DNA of 64,000 nucleotides, taken from Phycisphaerae bacterium. GTDB taxonomy: Bacteria; Planctomycetota; Phycisphaerae; UBA1845; PWPN01. Positions 46,960 to 56,476 of the stretch are shown one piece after another. Numbering within the stretch: position 1 is the stretch's first letter; the number at the start of each line of letters is the position of its first letter. The position numbers and the translations under genes are program-made. The stretch covers positions 14,808 to 78,807 of the forward strand of contig JAGNEZ010000001.1 in assembly GCA_018003015.1 (NCBI GenBank), written 5' to 3'. The notes below the pieces were generated by a model, which was not told the origin of the DNA, ran no database searches, and worked only from the letters and a program-made list of their open reading frames with translations.

Positions 46960-48903
46960 TCAAGACGAGCCGGGAATCGGCTGAGCCTGCATCTCGAGCA
47001 TCTGCCGGTATCGACCGCTCCGATGCATCAGATCCTGGTGGGTACCCTGCTCGACCACCCGGCCGTGATCGAGGACGACGATCCGGTCGGCGTGCACGAT
47101 CGTGCTGAGACGGTGGGCAATCACAAAGCTCGTCCGGTCGGCCAGCAAAGTCTCCAGCCCTGTCTGGATCAGACGCTCGCTGTGCGTGTCGAGGTTGCTG
47201 GTGGCTTCGTCGAGGATGAGAATGCGCGGGTCGGCCAGCAGGGCCCGGGCGATGGCAATCCGCTGGCGCTGCCCGCCGCTGAGTTTCACACCGCGCTCCC
47301 CGATCAGTGTCTGGTAGGAATCCTTCATCGCCGTAATGAACTCGTGGGCATTCGCGAGCCGGGCCGCCTCCTCAATCCCTGCAGGACCGGCGCCGCGGCG
47401 ACCGTAGCCGATGTTGTCCGCAATGGTCCCGTCAAACAGGAACGTGTCTTGTTCGACAATGCCGAGCAAGCGACGGTAGCTCTCCACCTCGATCTCGCGG
47501 AGGTCCACACCGTCCAATTCGATCGCTCCGTTCACCGGATCGTAGAACCGGGCAATGAGATTGCACAGCGTGGTCTTGCCGGCACCGCTGGGACCGATCA
47601 GGGCGACGATTTCCCCTGGAGCCGCATCCAGACTCACGTCACTGAGCACCAGCTTGGCCTGGCCGGGGTAGGCGAAGCAGACCCGGCGCAGCGTGAGGCG
47701 TCCTCGCACCCTGTCCCGCGGCACCAGGATGGCGCCGGGACGAGCGGGCATCTCGGTCGGTTCGGCCATGAGATCCAGGACCCGATCGAGTCCAGCGAGA
47801 TTGTTCTGGATACCGGTGGCGCTTTCGGCCAGCGTCTCCAGCGGCGAGAGCAGGGCAACGAGGTAGCCGAGAAACATGACCAGATCGCCCACCGTGAAGG
47901 CGTCCACCAGGGCCAGCGTGCTGGCCTGGACACGCTCCATGTCGTCCAGGATTCGCATGCCGCCGTACCACAGCAGAACCGCGGAAGCGGCCGGGATGAG
48001 CATCGCCCACACCAGCTGGACGCCGCGCATCCACCACCACGCCAGCAGCTCCTGCCGGATCATCATGTTGGTGTTGCGAACGAAGTGGCCCGACTCGGTT
48101 CGTTGGCGGGAGAAACTGCGCACCACACGCATGCCGCCGAACGTCTCCGTGGCGTGGCTGTCGATGTGCTGGCGCGCAGCCCGGACCCCGCGGTAAAGCG
48201 GCCGGATGCGGTTGAGCCACGCACTTTGCGTCGCCAGCACGATGGGGATAAGGGTCATGGACCCGAGCAGCAACCGCCAATCCACCCACACCAGAATGAC
48301 CAGACTTCCGAGCAGCTGAATGACCGCCCGCCAGGGATTGTAGAGCATGGCGAAGATGAGATCGGCAACCCCCCCGGCGTCCTCGCGGAGCATGCTGGCC
48401 ACGCCTCCGGATTTGAGTTCGTAAACGCGATGCAGGGGCAGGCGGGCGGCGTGATCGAACACCCTGCGGCGAACGGACACCTGCACGCGCTTGGTGACCC
48501 GTGTCGCTTGCCACCGGCTCCAGGTGTTGATGACCAGCGCCAGCACGGAAATGACCACCGTGGCGATCGCGACCACGGTCAGCAACATCCGGCGATCAGC
48601 AGGCAACTGCAGCCAGGACGGCCACGTCGGCGGGAGAGGATGACCCGCCAGGACATTGTCCAGCACGATCTTCGTGCTGTACAACGGGATCAGCTTGAGC
48701 AGGGTCCCCGCCGTCAGGGCGGCCACGGCCAGCCCGATGGTCAGCCTGTGCCCGCGCAGCAGAGAAAGGAACTCGGCGAACAACCGGCCGAAAGACCGAT
48801 TCCTCTGGTTCGAGCCCCTGCCCGAGAGAAGGACCCTGCGGCTCCGGCGGGATTCCTTGAGCTGCCGGGTGTACTCCTGGTAGCGTCGTCGGCTGGAGTC
48901 CAT
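46960..48903 (-). CDS. ABC exporter, fused permease/ATPase (MsbA/ABCB-like)
   Basis: Six-TM N-terminal half. Walker A GPSGAGKTT, signature LSGGQRQR, Walker B ILILDEATS. Start trimmed to MDSSRRRYQEY (ATG 48903). Confidence 0.9.
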   Translation of the reverse strand: MDSSRRRYQEYTRQLKESRRSRRVLLSGRGSNQRNRSFGRLFAEFLSLLRGHRLTIGLAVAALTAGTLLKLIPLYSTKIVLDNVLAGHPLPPTWPSWLQLPADRRMLLTVVAIATVVISVLALVINTWSRWQATRVTKRVQVSVRRRVFDHAARLPLHRVYELKSGGVASMLREDAGGVADLIFAMLYNPWRAVIQLLGSLVILVWVDWRLLLGSMTLIPIVLATQSAWLNRIRPLYRGVRAARQHIDSHATETFGGMRVVRSFSRQRTESGHFVRNTNMMIRQELLAWWWMRGVQLVWAMLIPAASAVLLWYGGMRILDDMERVQASTLALVDAFTVGDLVMFLGYLVALLSPLETLAESATGIQNNLAGLDRVLDLMAEPTEMPARPGAILVPRDRVRGRLTLRRVCFAYPGQAKLVLSDVSLDAAPGEIVALIGPSGAGKTTLCNLIARFYDPVNGAIELDGVDLREIEVESYRRLLGIVEQDTFLFDGTIADNIGYGRRGAGPAGIEEAARLANAHEFITAMKDSYQTLIGERGVKLSGGQRQRIAIARALLADPRILILDEATSNLDTHSERLIQTGLETLLADRTSFVIAHRLSTIVHADRIVVLDHGRVVEQGTHQDLMHRSGRYRQMLEMQAQPIPGSS

Positions 48904-49794
48904 CGCCTCATCATAGCACCGCGCGAACCGAAACCGAACCCGTGCAGCGTCACCACGATCTGGATACCTCTGACACCGCTTCGCGGATGACTCATCTCCA
49001 GGGTCTTCACCGCCAAGGCGGAGGGCTTGAACGCGCCCACCGGCGACCACCAGTGGATTAGGTCACATCGCCTTCAAGAGGCCAAGGGTCCGCGAGCCAG
49101 ACAATGAACGGCCTGGAAACGGTTCTTCCACCGGCGGGCTGCTTCACGGACGCAGTCTCGCCATGGGCGGTCACCGGCCCGTCCTTTCCATTGCCCCATG
49201 GCCAGGCCGCCTGACCGCCCCCCACAGAAAACGCACTCCGCCCTGTCGGACCGAGTGCGTGATGGTTCAAACCGCGGCCACGGACACGCTGGGTTGCGGC
49301 CCCAGGCAGCGGAGTCGCCACGACCGTCGCCCATGTTCAGCGCCGACGAACCATGGCGCACCACGAGGCCCCGCTCGATGGTCAACGCTCCTTCTGTCAG
49401 ACGATGTGGGCCGATAGCTCGGAACCATCCCGACGTGACCGGACTAGCCCCCGGCGACGATGGATCTCGTATGCCTCCCGGTCCCAGCCTGTTCAAGGCC
49501 GAGACTCAGATCGTCTCGTTTAAAGGTCAGGTTTCCACCGGCCCGACTGGGCCAGCCCAGGTCCTCAAAGACAGCACATTGACAGCCCCACCCATCGACA
49601 GCTAGCATGGTGCGGGTACGAACTTCGTGACCGGAGACGGCCGGACACGTGCGTGCGGTTCTGCCCTGATCCGACGGACGTACCGGCCGAGGCGAGCGGC
49701 AGTCCACACCGTAGGGGTCCCGCAGGGGTTGGCCCGCCGATGGGTAGCCGTCAGGGGTAACGTCGCTATTGAAGTGCCGGGCGATCGCGCCTGC

Positions 49795-49822
49795 GTCGAC
49801 GCGCGACCGGTCGCGCTGTATT
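49795..49822 (+). promoter_or_regulatory. Promoter-like hexamers bracketing a perfect 16-bp palindrome (operator candidate) upstream of the ACD gene
   Basis: GTCGAC (49795-49800), GCGCGACCGGTCGCGC (49801-49816), TGTATT (49817-49822). The ATG is 35 nt downstream, after AGGAGA. Confidence 0.35.
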
Positions 49823-49856
49823 CGCAGCCGACGATCTGTACCTAGGAGATACTGTC

Positions 49857-51998
49857 ATGGGCACCGGGGCATTGGGGAGCAAGCTTGACGCCATCTTCTG
49901 TCCGAAGTCGATCGCCGTGGTCGGAGCATCGACCCGGCCGGGCACGGTGGGCAACGACATCTTCCGGAACCTGCTTCTGAGCGGTTTCGACGGTTCGGTG
50001 TACCCGGTGAACCCGAAGAGCCCGCACGTGTTGGGCGTCCACGCCTACAGGTCGCTGAGCGAAATCCCAGGTGGTGTGGACCTGGCCGTCATGATTGTCC
50101 CCTCCAAGGCGGTGATGGACACGACCGAGGAAGCCATCTCCCTGGGCATCAAGGGACTGGTGGTTATCTCCGCAGGTTTCAAGGAAGTCGGCGCCAAGGG
50201 CGCGGCGTTGGAGGCCAAACTGACCGAGCGGGTACGTCGGGCGGATGTCCCGCTGGTCGGACCGAACTGCCTGGGCGTGATCAACACCGATCCGAGGATC
50301 AAGATGAATGCCGCCTTCGGGCGGAAGATGCCCGCGCACGGCAACCTGGCCTTCGTGTCCCAGAGCGGGGCTCTCTGCTGTTCGGTGCTGGACTACGCCG
50401 AGGAACGGCACATGGGCTTCAGCAAGTTCATCAGCTTCGGCAACAAGGCCGACGTGAACGAGATTGACCTCCTCGCTTACTTGGCGAACGATCCTCAGAC
50501 CGCGGTCATCGCCATGTACCTGGAGGACATCACCCACGGTCGGCCGTTCATCGAAACCGCCCGGGACATCTTCTGGGAGACACGCAAGCCGATGCTGTGC
50601 CTCAAGTCCGGTCGTTCACCGGAAGGGGCCAAGGCGGCCAGCAGTCACACCGGCTCCTTGGCCGGCTCCGACTCGGTTTACGACGCGCTGCTCGCTCAGA
50701 GCGGTGTGCAGCGGGTCGATACCATCGCGGAGCTGTTCGACTACGCGGCCCTCTACACCACCCAGCCGCTGCCCAAGGGCAAGCGGATTGCGATCATCAC
50801 CAACGCGGGCGGGCCCGGCATCATGGCCACAGACGCGGCCGTCAAGTGCGGACTCAAGCTCGCCGAAATCACCGAGGAGACCCGCGAGAAGCTCAAGGGC
50901 GCCCTGCCCGACTCCGCCTCGCTGCGAAACCCGATCGACGTGATCGGAGACGCCCGCTCCGACCGCTACAAGACTGCGGCTCACGAGGTCCTCAATGACC
51001 CCGGGGTAGACATGGGCCTCGTCATCCTGACCCCGCAGTCGGTCACCGAGGTCGAGGAGACCGCGTCGGTCCTCCCGGGCATCCTCAAGGGTATCGACAA
51101 GCCAGTGGTCTGCTCGTTCATGGGCGCCCGCGACGTCGCCCCGGGCGTGGCGATCCTGCGGGCGGCGGGTGTACCCAATTACGCCTTCCCCGAAGATGGA
51201 GTGAAGAGCCTGGCGGCGGCCGTGCGGCTGGTCGAAAACATGGATATCCCGCGGCGCGAGATGCCCACCTTCACCAACCTCAAGGTGGAGAAGGCCAGGG
51301 AACTGGTCGCCGGATGCCTCGATGGCCACCAGGAGCGCTACCTGACTCAGGCCGAATGCCGCCCAATCCTGGAGTGCTACGGACTGCCTCTGCTCAAGAG
51401 CGGGACGGCCCGGTCGTCGAGGGAAGCGGCCACGATCGCCACCAGCATCGGCAAGCCGGTAGTCATGAAGGTCATGTCCGCCGACGTGGTCCACAAGTTC
51501 GACGCGGGCGGCGTGATCCTGAACGTCAACGGGCCGGACGAGGCCAGGACCACCTACGATAAGATCCACGCCAACGTGAAAAAGGCCGTGCCGAACGCCA
51601 GGATCGACGGCGTCCTCGTCGAGGAGATGGCCGGCAAGGGCGTCGAGGTCATCCTGGGTGCCAGCCGGGACGCTCGGTTCGGCCCCCTGATGATGTTCGG
51701 CCTGGGCGGCACGATGGTCGAGGTGCTCAAGGACGTCTCCTTCCGGCTGGCTCCGATGTGGCGAATCTCCGCCGAACGCATGGTCCATCACATCCGCTCG
51801 TTCCAGGTCCTGGACGGCTTCCGCGGCCAGCCGAAGGCGGACATCGAAGGCATCGTGGACACACTGCTGAGGCTCTCAACCCTGGTGTGCAACCATCCGG
51901 AGATCTCGGAAATGGACATCAACCCGCTCATCGTCCATCCCAAGGGCTGCGGCTGCTCGGTAGCCGACAGCCGTATCATGCTCCGCAAGCCGGCGTGA
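49857..51998 (+). CDS. ADP-forming acetyl-CoA synthetase (fused alpha-beta; CoA-binding + succinyl-CoA-synthetase-like + ATP-grasp)
   Basis: 713 aa. IAVVGASTRPGTVG, LVGPNCLG, FVSQSGAL and a C-terminal ATP-grasp region (PVVMKVMSADVVHKFDAGGV). Confidence 0.85.
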   Translation: MGTGALGSKLDAIFCPKSIAVVGASTRPGTVGNDIFRNLLLSGFDGSVYPVNPKSPHVLGVHAYRSLSEIPGGVDLAVMIVPSKAVMDTTEEAISLGIKGLVVISAGFKEVGAKGAALEAKLTERVRRADVPLVGPNCLGVINTDPRIKMNAAFGRKMPAHGNLAFVSQSGALCCSVLDYAEERHMGFSKFISFGNKADVNEIDLLAYLANDPQTAVIAMYLEDITHGRPFIETARDIFWETRKPMLCLKSGRSPEGAKAASSHTGSLAGSDSVYDALLAQSGVQRVDTIAELFDYAALYTTQPLPKGKRIAIITNAGGPGIMATDAAVKCGLKLAEITEETREKLKGALPDSASLRNPIDVIGDARSDRYKTAAHEVLNDPGVDMGLVILTPQSVTEVEETASVLPGILKGIDKPVVCSFMGARDVAPGVAILRAAGVPNYAFPEDGVKSLAAAVRLVENMDIPRREMPTFTNLKVEKARELVAGCLDGHQERYLTQAECRPILECYGLPLLKSGTARSSREAATIATSIGKPVVMKVMSADVVHKFDAGGVILNVNGPDEARTTYDKIHANVKKAVPNARIDGVLVEEMAGKGVEVILGASRDARFGPLMMFGLGGTMVEVLKDVSFRLAPMWRISAERMVHHIRSFQVLDGFRGQPKADIEGIVDTLLRLSTLVCNHPEISEMDINPLIVHPKGCGCSVADSRIMLRKPA

Positions 51999-52157
51999 GC
52001 CTTGACGAGCCCGTGACGCCACCAGCCTTCCGGCCTCCGACGGGTCGGAAGGCTCTTCCTTGCGCTCGACCGGCCGGTGACCGGATGCTAACATCCGCTT
52101 GACGCATGACCCACAAAGACCGGCAGGCGCTGGATTCAACGACATCCGGAGCGAGGC

Positions 52158-55100
52158 ATGAAGAACACGCCGAGTCATTCGCCATCAGCCCTCTGGGATT
52201 ACCTGATCGTCACCGCCTCGAACGAAATGCAGGCGGCGGCCTACCGGACACAGTTGGCCCTGCGCGGGAGACTGGGCCTGCTCGCCGGCGTCCGAGAAGT
52301 CTTGGTCGTTCCGGACCCCGGCGGCAAGCGGGTCGGAAGCGGCGGTAGCACCTTGTACTGCCTCCTTGAGGTGCTGAACCGGTCCATTCCAGGCCCGGCG
52401 AGCGGACCTGGAACTTCGCTGTGCGGAGCAGGCACCGAGGATCCGTGCCGCGTGTTCGAGCGGCTGCGGGTGTTGATCGTCCACGCGGGGGGTGATTCCC
52501 GCCGGCTGCCGGCCTACGGAGTCTGCGGAAAACTGTTCATCCCCGTGCCGGCAGGCAGCGACTCGTGCCTGCCCGCAACCCTGTTCGACCGGCAGCTGTC
52601 GACCTACCTGGCTCTGCCCACGGCGGTCGACGAGGCCGGGCAGATCGTCATCACCTCCGGGGACGTGCTGTTGCGGTTCGATCCCAGCGAAGTCACCCTC
52701 GCCGCATCGGGAATGACCGGCCTGGGCTGCTTCACCACGCCGGAGCAGGCGACCGGGCACGGCGTCTTCTGCCGGGACGAGGGCAATGGCGTACGACGAT
52801 TCCTGCAGAAACCCTCGCTCGCCGAGCAGCAGGCCGAAGGGGCCATCGATACCTACGGTCAAACCGTGCTCGACATCGGCGTCACCCATCTTGACGCCCG
52901 AACGGCCGTGAGACTCCTGTCGGTTTTCGGACTGGCCGTCGCCGGCGGTCGGGCACACCTCGCAGCCGACCTGACCGAGATCATCGAGAACCACGGGCTG
53001 GACTTCTACCGAGAGATCTGCTGCGCATTGGGCCAGGCAACCCGCTGCGAACAGTACCTGGATTCCGTCCGCCGAGCGGGATCGACCTGGGACATCGAGA
53101 GCCTGAAACGGATCTTCGAAGGGCTGCACGAAGTGCCCTTCCGCGTCAACGTCCTGCCGCGATGCGGATTCCTGCACTTCGGGACCAGCCGCCAGATCAT
53201 CTACAGTGGACAGGCCCTCCTGCAGCATGACCAGGGTACACCCGTCCCCCACACGATTCTCGATGTCACCACCGAGACCGTCGCTGACGGGCAAATGATC
53301 GGCGGGAATGCCTGGGTCGAGGGCTGCCGCATCCGGGCCCCGCTGACTCTCGGCGGCGACAACCTGGTCACCGGCGTGGACGTCGACACTCCGCTCTCGC
53401 TGCCAGCCGGAGCGTGCCTGGACGTGCTCAGCGGACGCAACGCCGAAGGCCGGGTCGGGTGGTTCGTCCGCTGCTACGGCATCGCGGACACGTTCAAGGA
53501 ATCGATGGCCGCCGGAGCCACGTTCTGCGGGCGTCCGGCATCGGAATGGCTGGCGGCCGTCGGGACCGGCGCTGACGAGGTCTGGGAGCCCGGCTTGCCG
53601 GACAGCCAGCGAACGTTGTGGAACGCGCGCGTCTTTCCCGCCGAGACCGACCCGCAGGGCTGGCAAAACTGGCTGTGGATGTTCGAACCGACCCGAGCGT
53701 CCGCCGAACAGAAGGCTCGATGGCGAACAGCGGATCGCTACAGCCTGACCCAGATGGCAAATCTGGCCGACCCGGAAGCGTTCCTCCAACGGCGACTCGA
53801 CATCCGGGCGGCGCGAATTCGCGGCTCGCTGCGCAGGACGTTCCGCCTGGACAGCGGTTTCTCCGCATCGGACCTGGCCGCCATCCTGCGGAAATCACGC
53901 GATCCGGCGGCGTGGGTTGCGGCCGTGCTGGCCGAGGCCCAATGGCATCACGACGGGGCCTCACGCGGGTCGGGCGGCCTCGAGTCGCTCGTCTTCCCGC
54001 GCGTCGTTCACACCCTGGGCAGCGCCCTGGAGCAAGCGACCGCCGACCCTGGAATCCCGCTGGCGACCGCCCTCCCTTCCCTCGAACAGCAGCTGACGCC
54101 TTACCAGCAGGCATGGCTGCAGTCCGTCGGGATGGAGCCGGGGCCGCAGCAGCCGGTTCGCGCGTGGTCCGAGCGCCTGCAGGCCGCGGCGTTCAGGGGT
54201 CTGGGCCGGACCATCCTCGCCAGCGGAGGCGAACTGCCACCCCCTCCGCGCCAGGCACTACGCAGCGATGAGATCGTCTGGGGCCGCGTGCCCGCAAGGC
54301 TGGACGTCGCCGGCGGCTGGAGCGATACTCCCCCCTACTCGCTCGAACACGGCGGGTGCGTGGTCAACACGGCCGTCAACCTGAACGGACAGCCGCCAAT
54401 CCAGGCGTATGCCCGCGTGATCCCACGGCCGATGATCCGCATCTCGTCCATCGATCTGGGGGTCACCCTCGAGGTCAGCGACTTGGCGACCCTGCTGGAC
54501 TACCGCCAGCCGGGCAGCGAGTTCGCCCTGGCGAAGGCGGCCCTGGCCCTCTCCGGATTCTCGCCGGACGCGGCGGCCTGGCCGCCGGGCATCACCCTGC
54601 CGGAGATGCTGCGGCAATTCGGCGGCGGGATCGAATTGACCACCCTGGCCGCTATCCCCAAGGGCAGTGGGCTGGGGACATCGAGCATCATGGGAGCAGT
54701 GACGCTCGCCGTCATCCAACGCGTGCTGGGCAAGACGCCCACCGAGCGTAACCTGTTCCACGACGTCCTTCGACTGGAGCAGGCTCTGACTACCGGCGGC
54801 GGCTGGCAGGACCAGATCGGCGGCTCCGTGGGCGGAGCCAAGATCATCCGCAGCCGAGCCGGCCTGATCCCCGACGCCGCCATCCACTTCCTGCCGCCCG
54901 ATGTGCTCGACCCGCATCTCAACGGCCGAACCACCCTCCTGTACTACACCGGGATCACCCGCCTGGCCAAGAACATCCTCGAGCAGGTCGTCGGCCGGTA
55001 TCTGGACCGCAACCGCCACGCCATGGCCACGCTGCACCGGATCCACGCCCTGGCTCCGAGCATGGCCGACGCCGTGTCACGCAAGGACCGGGCGGCGTTC

Positions 55101-55376
55101 GGCCGGCTGGTCACGACCGCATGGGAGCTGAACAAGGAACTCGACCCGAACTCGACGAATGCCGAGGTCGAGTCCCTGATGGCCCGCGTTCGAAACCACG
55201 TGCACGGGGCGAAACTGATCGGAGCGGGCGGCGGCGGATTCATGCTCCTGGTCTGCCGCTCGGCGGGAGACGCGGTCCATCTGCGTCGCGATCTCGAGGA
55301 CGCGCCCCCTAACCCCCGTGCCCGGTTCTTCGACTTCGCGGTCAATCCCGAGGGCTTGGTCGTGACCGTCTGCTGA
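52158..55376 (+). CDS. fkp: Bifunctional L-fucokinase / L-fucose-1-phosphate guanylyltransferase (Fkp-like)
   Basis: The N-terminal pyrophosphorylase part has GKRVGSGGSTLYCL and LIVHAGGDSRRLPAYG. The C-terminal GHMP kinase has IVWGRVPARLDVAGGWSDTPPYSLEHGG, AIPKGSGLGTSS and GAGGGGFML. The tail PNPRARFFDF is collinear with Bacteroides Fkp as I recall it. Confidence 0.85.
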   Translation: MKNTPSHSPSALWDYLIVTASNEMQAAAYRTQLALRGRLGLLAGVREVLVVPDPGGKRVGSGGSTLYCLLEVLNRSIPGPASGPGTSLCGAGTEDPCRVFERLRVLIVHAGGDSRRLPAYGVCGKLFIPVPAGSDSCLPATLFDRQLSTYLALPTAVDEAGQIVITSGDVLLRFDPSEVTLAASGMTGLGCFTTPEQATGHGVFCRDEGNGVRRFLQKPSLAEQQAEGAIDTYGQTVLDIGVTHLDARTAVRLLSVFGLAVAGGRAHLAADLTEIIENHGLDFYREICCALGQATRCEQYLDSVRRAGSTWDIESLKRIFEGLHEVPFRVNVLPRCGFLHFGTSRQIIYSGQALLQHDQGTPVPHTILDVTTETVADGQMIGGNAWVEGCRIRAPLTLGGDNLVTGVDVDTPLSLPAGACLDVLSGRNAEGRVGWFVRCYGIADTFKESMAAGATFCGRPASEWLAAVGTGADEVWEPGLPDSQRTLWNARVFPAETDPQGWQNWLWMFEPTRASAEQKARWRTADRYSLTQMANLADPEAFLQRRLDIRAARIRGSLRRTFRLDSGFSASDLAAILRKSRDPAAWVAAVLAEAQWHHDGASRGSGGLESLVFPRVVHTLGSALEQATADPGIPLATALPSLEQQLTPYQQAWLQSVGMEPGPQQPVRAWSERLQAAAFRGLGRTILASGGELPPPPRQALRSDEIVWGRVPARLDVAGGWSDTPPYSLEHGGCVVNTAVNLNGQPPIQAYARVIPRPMIRISSIDLGVTLEVSDLATLLDYRQPGSEFALAKAALALSGFSPDAAAWPPGITLPEMLRQFGGGIELTTLAAIPKGSGLGTSSIMGAVTLAVIQRVLGKTPTERNLFHDVLRLEQALTTGGGWQDQIGGSVGGAKIIRSRAGLIPDAAIHFLPPDVLDPHLNGRTTLLYYTGITRLAKNILEQVVGRYLDRNRHAMATLHRIHALAPSMADAVSRKDRAAFGRLVTTAWELNKELDPNSTNAEVESLMARVRNHVHGAKLIGAGGGGFMLLVCRSAGDAVHLRRDLEDAPPNPRARFFDFAVNPEGLVVTVC

Positions 55377-55380
55377 CCGG

Positions 55381-56355
55381 CTACAGCCATCTCCGCCGCC
55401 GAAAAACGGCAAGCAGAATCACGCTCAGCACGATCATCCCCCCAATGACGATCCAGAACCCGAAAGGATGGTCGACGGGCGGCCAGAGCCGCTTGAAGTT
55501 CATCCCGTAGATCCCGGATACCAGCGTCAACGGCAACATGATCGACGCAAAGATGGTCATCAGCTTCACCGTCTCGTTGGTTCTTTGGGACATCGAGGAC
55601 ATGAACAGTTCGCGGGCGCTGACGATCTGCTCGCGGTAGAGATCGATTTCCTCCGCCAGCCGTGTCAGGTGGTCGAGCACATCGCGGAAATACGGCCGGA
55701 TGTTCTTGCCGATGAAGGAGTATTCACCCCGAGCCAGCTGACCAACGGCCTCGCGCTGGGGGGAGAGGTAACGGCGAACCTGCATGAGCTGCCCGCGAAA
55801 ATCGGAGATCCGTTCGAGGATGTCGTCCTGGGGATCGAACAGGGCCTCGTCCTCCAGCTTGCCGGCCTCGCTCTCCAGCCGCTCCAGCAGGGGTTGATAG
55901 CCGTCAATCAGGCCATCCACGATCATGTGGAGCAAATGGTCCATACCGCGCCCGAGGACGTTCTCCGGATCACGCTGGCAGCGGCTTTGAACAACCTTCA
56001 GGGCTTCGAGAGCCTCATGGTGAATCGTGACCACGAAGAGCGAAGATGCGAACAGGGCCAGTTCCCGCGTGCCCAGGAACTCCTTGTCCTCGTTGAGAAT
56101 CGGGGCGTGCACGACCATGAATATGTAGCCGTCGTAGGGATCGATGTGCGGCCGCTGCTCGCCGTGGAGGCAGTCTTCAATGGCCAGGGGGTGGAGGGAG
56201 AAGGCCTCGCCCAGCAGGGCCAGAGTCCACTCATCCGGCTCCTCGATATCCAGCCAGATCTGAGCCTCGGCTTCGCGCAGGGACCTCGCTGCCTCGATCA
56301 GCGAGTTGTAAACGTCCGAGGTACCGTCGACATGTCGCACGTGGGCGACGATCAT
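55381..56355 (-). CDS. corA: CorA-family Mg2+/Co2+ transporter
   Basis: 324 aa with a cytoplasmic N-domain, two C-terminal TM helices and the signature GIYGMNF. Confidence 0.9.
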   Translation of the reverse strand: MIVAHVRHVDGTSDVYNSLIEAARSLREAEAQIWLDIEEPDEWTLALLGEAFSLHPLAIEDCLHGEQRPHIDPYDGYIFMVVHAPILNEDKEFLGTRELALFASSLFVVTIHHEALEALKVVQSRCQRDPENVLGRGMDHLLHMIVDGLIDGYQPLLERLESEAGKLEDEALFDPQDDILERISDFRGQLMQVRRYLSPQREAVGQLARGEYSFIGKNIRPYFRDVLDHLTRLAEEIDLYREQIVSARELFMSSMSQRTNETVKLMTIFASIMLPLTLVSGIYGMNFKRLWPPVDHPFGFWIVIGGMIVLSVILLAVFRRRRWL

Positions 56356-56405
56356 GGTCCCATTGTAGAAAACCCCGGCCGTCCGTAAAGGGCCGACGCG
56401 CAGCT

Positions 56406-56434
56406 TTGACGACCTTGCCCCCCCTGGTTAGAAT
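56406..56434 (+). promoter_or_regulatory. Strong sigma70-like promoter of the pilT-like gene
   Basis: TTGACG-N17-TAGAAT. RBS AAGGAAG lies before ATG 56477. Confidence 0.55.
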
Positions 56435-56476
56435 CGAGCCAACGAGTGTCCATTTCCCTCAAGACAAGGAAGTAGT

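Noticed and set aside
49781-49788. GCGATCGC (HIP1-like palindrome) occurrences at about 6547, 26717, 48565, 49781 and 57554.
   Set aside because: Only a handful of copies occur in 64 kb of GC-rich DNA, which is compatible with chance. There is no cyanobacterial-type enrichment.
55381-56355. CorA as a CRISPR-associated (type III) effector, or the DHH protein as its partner.
   Set aside because: This is an ordinary CorA with the GMN motif and a standard N-domain. There is no CRISPR array, cas or CARF genes in the window, and the DHH gene is 55 kb away next to sat.
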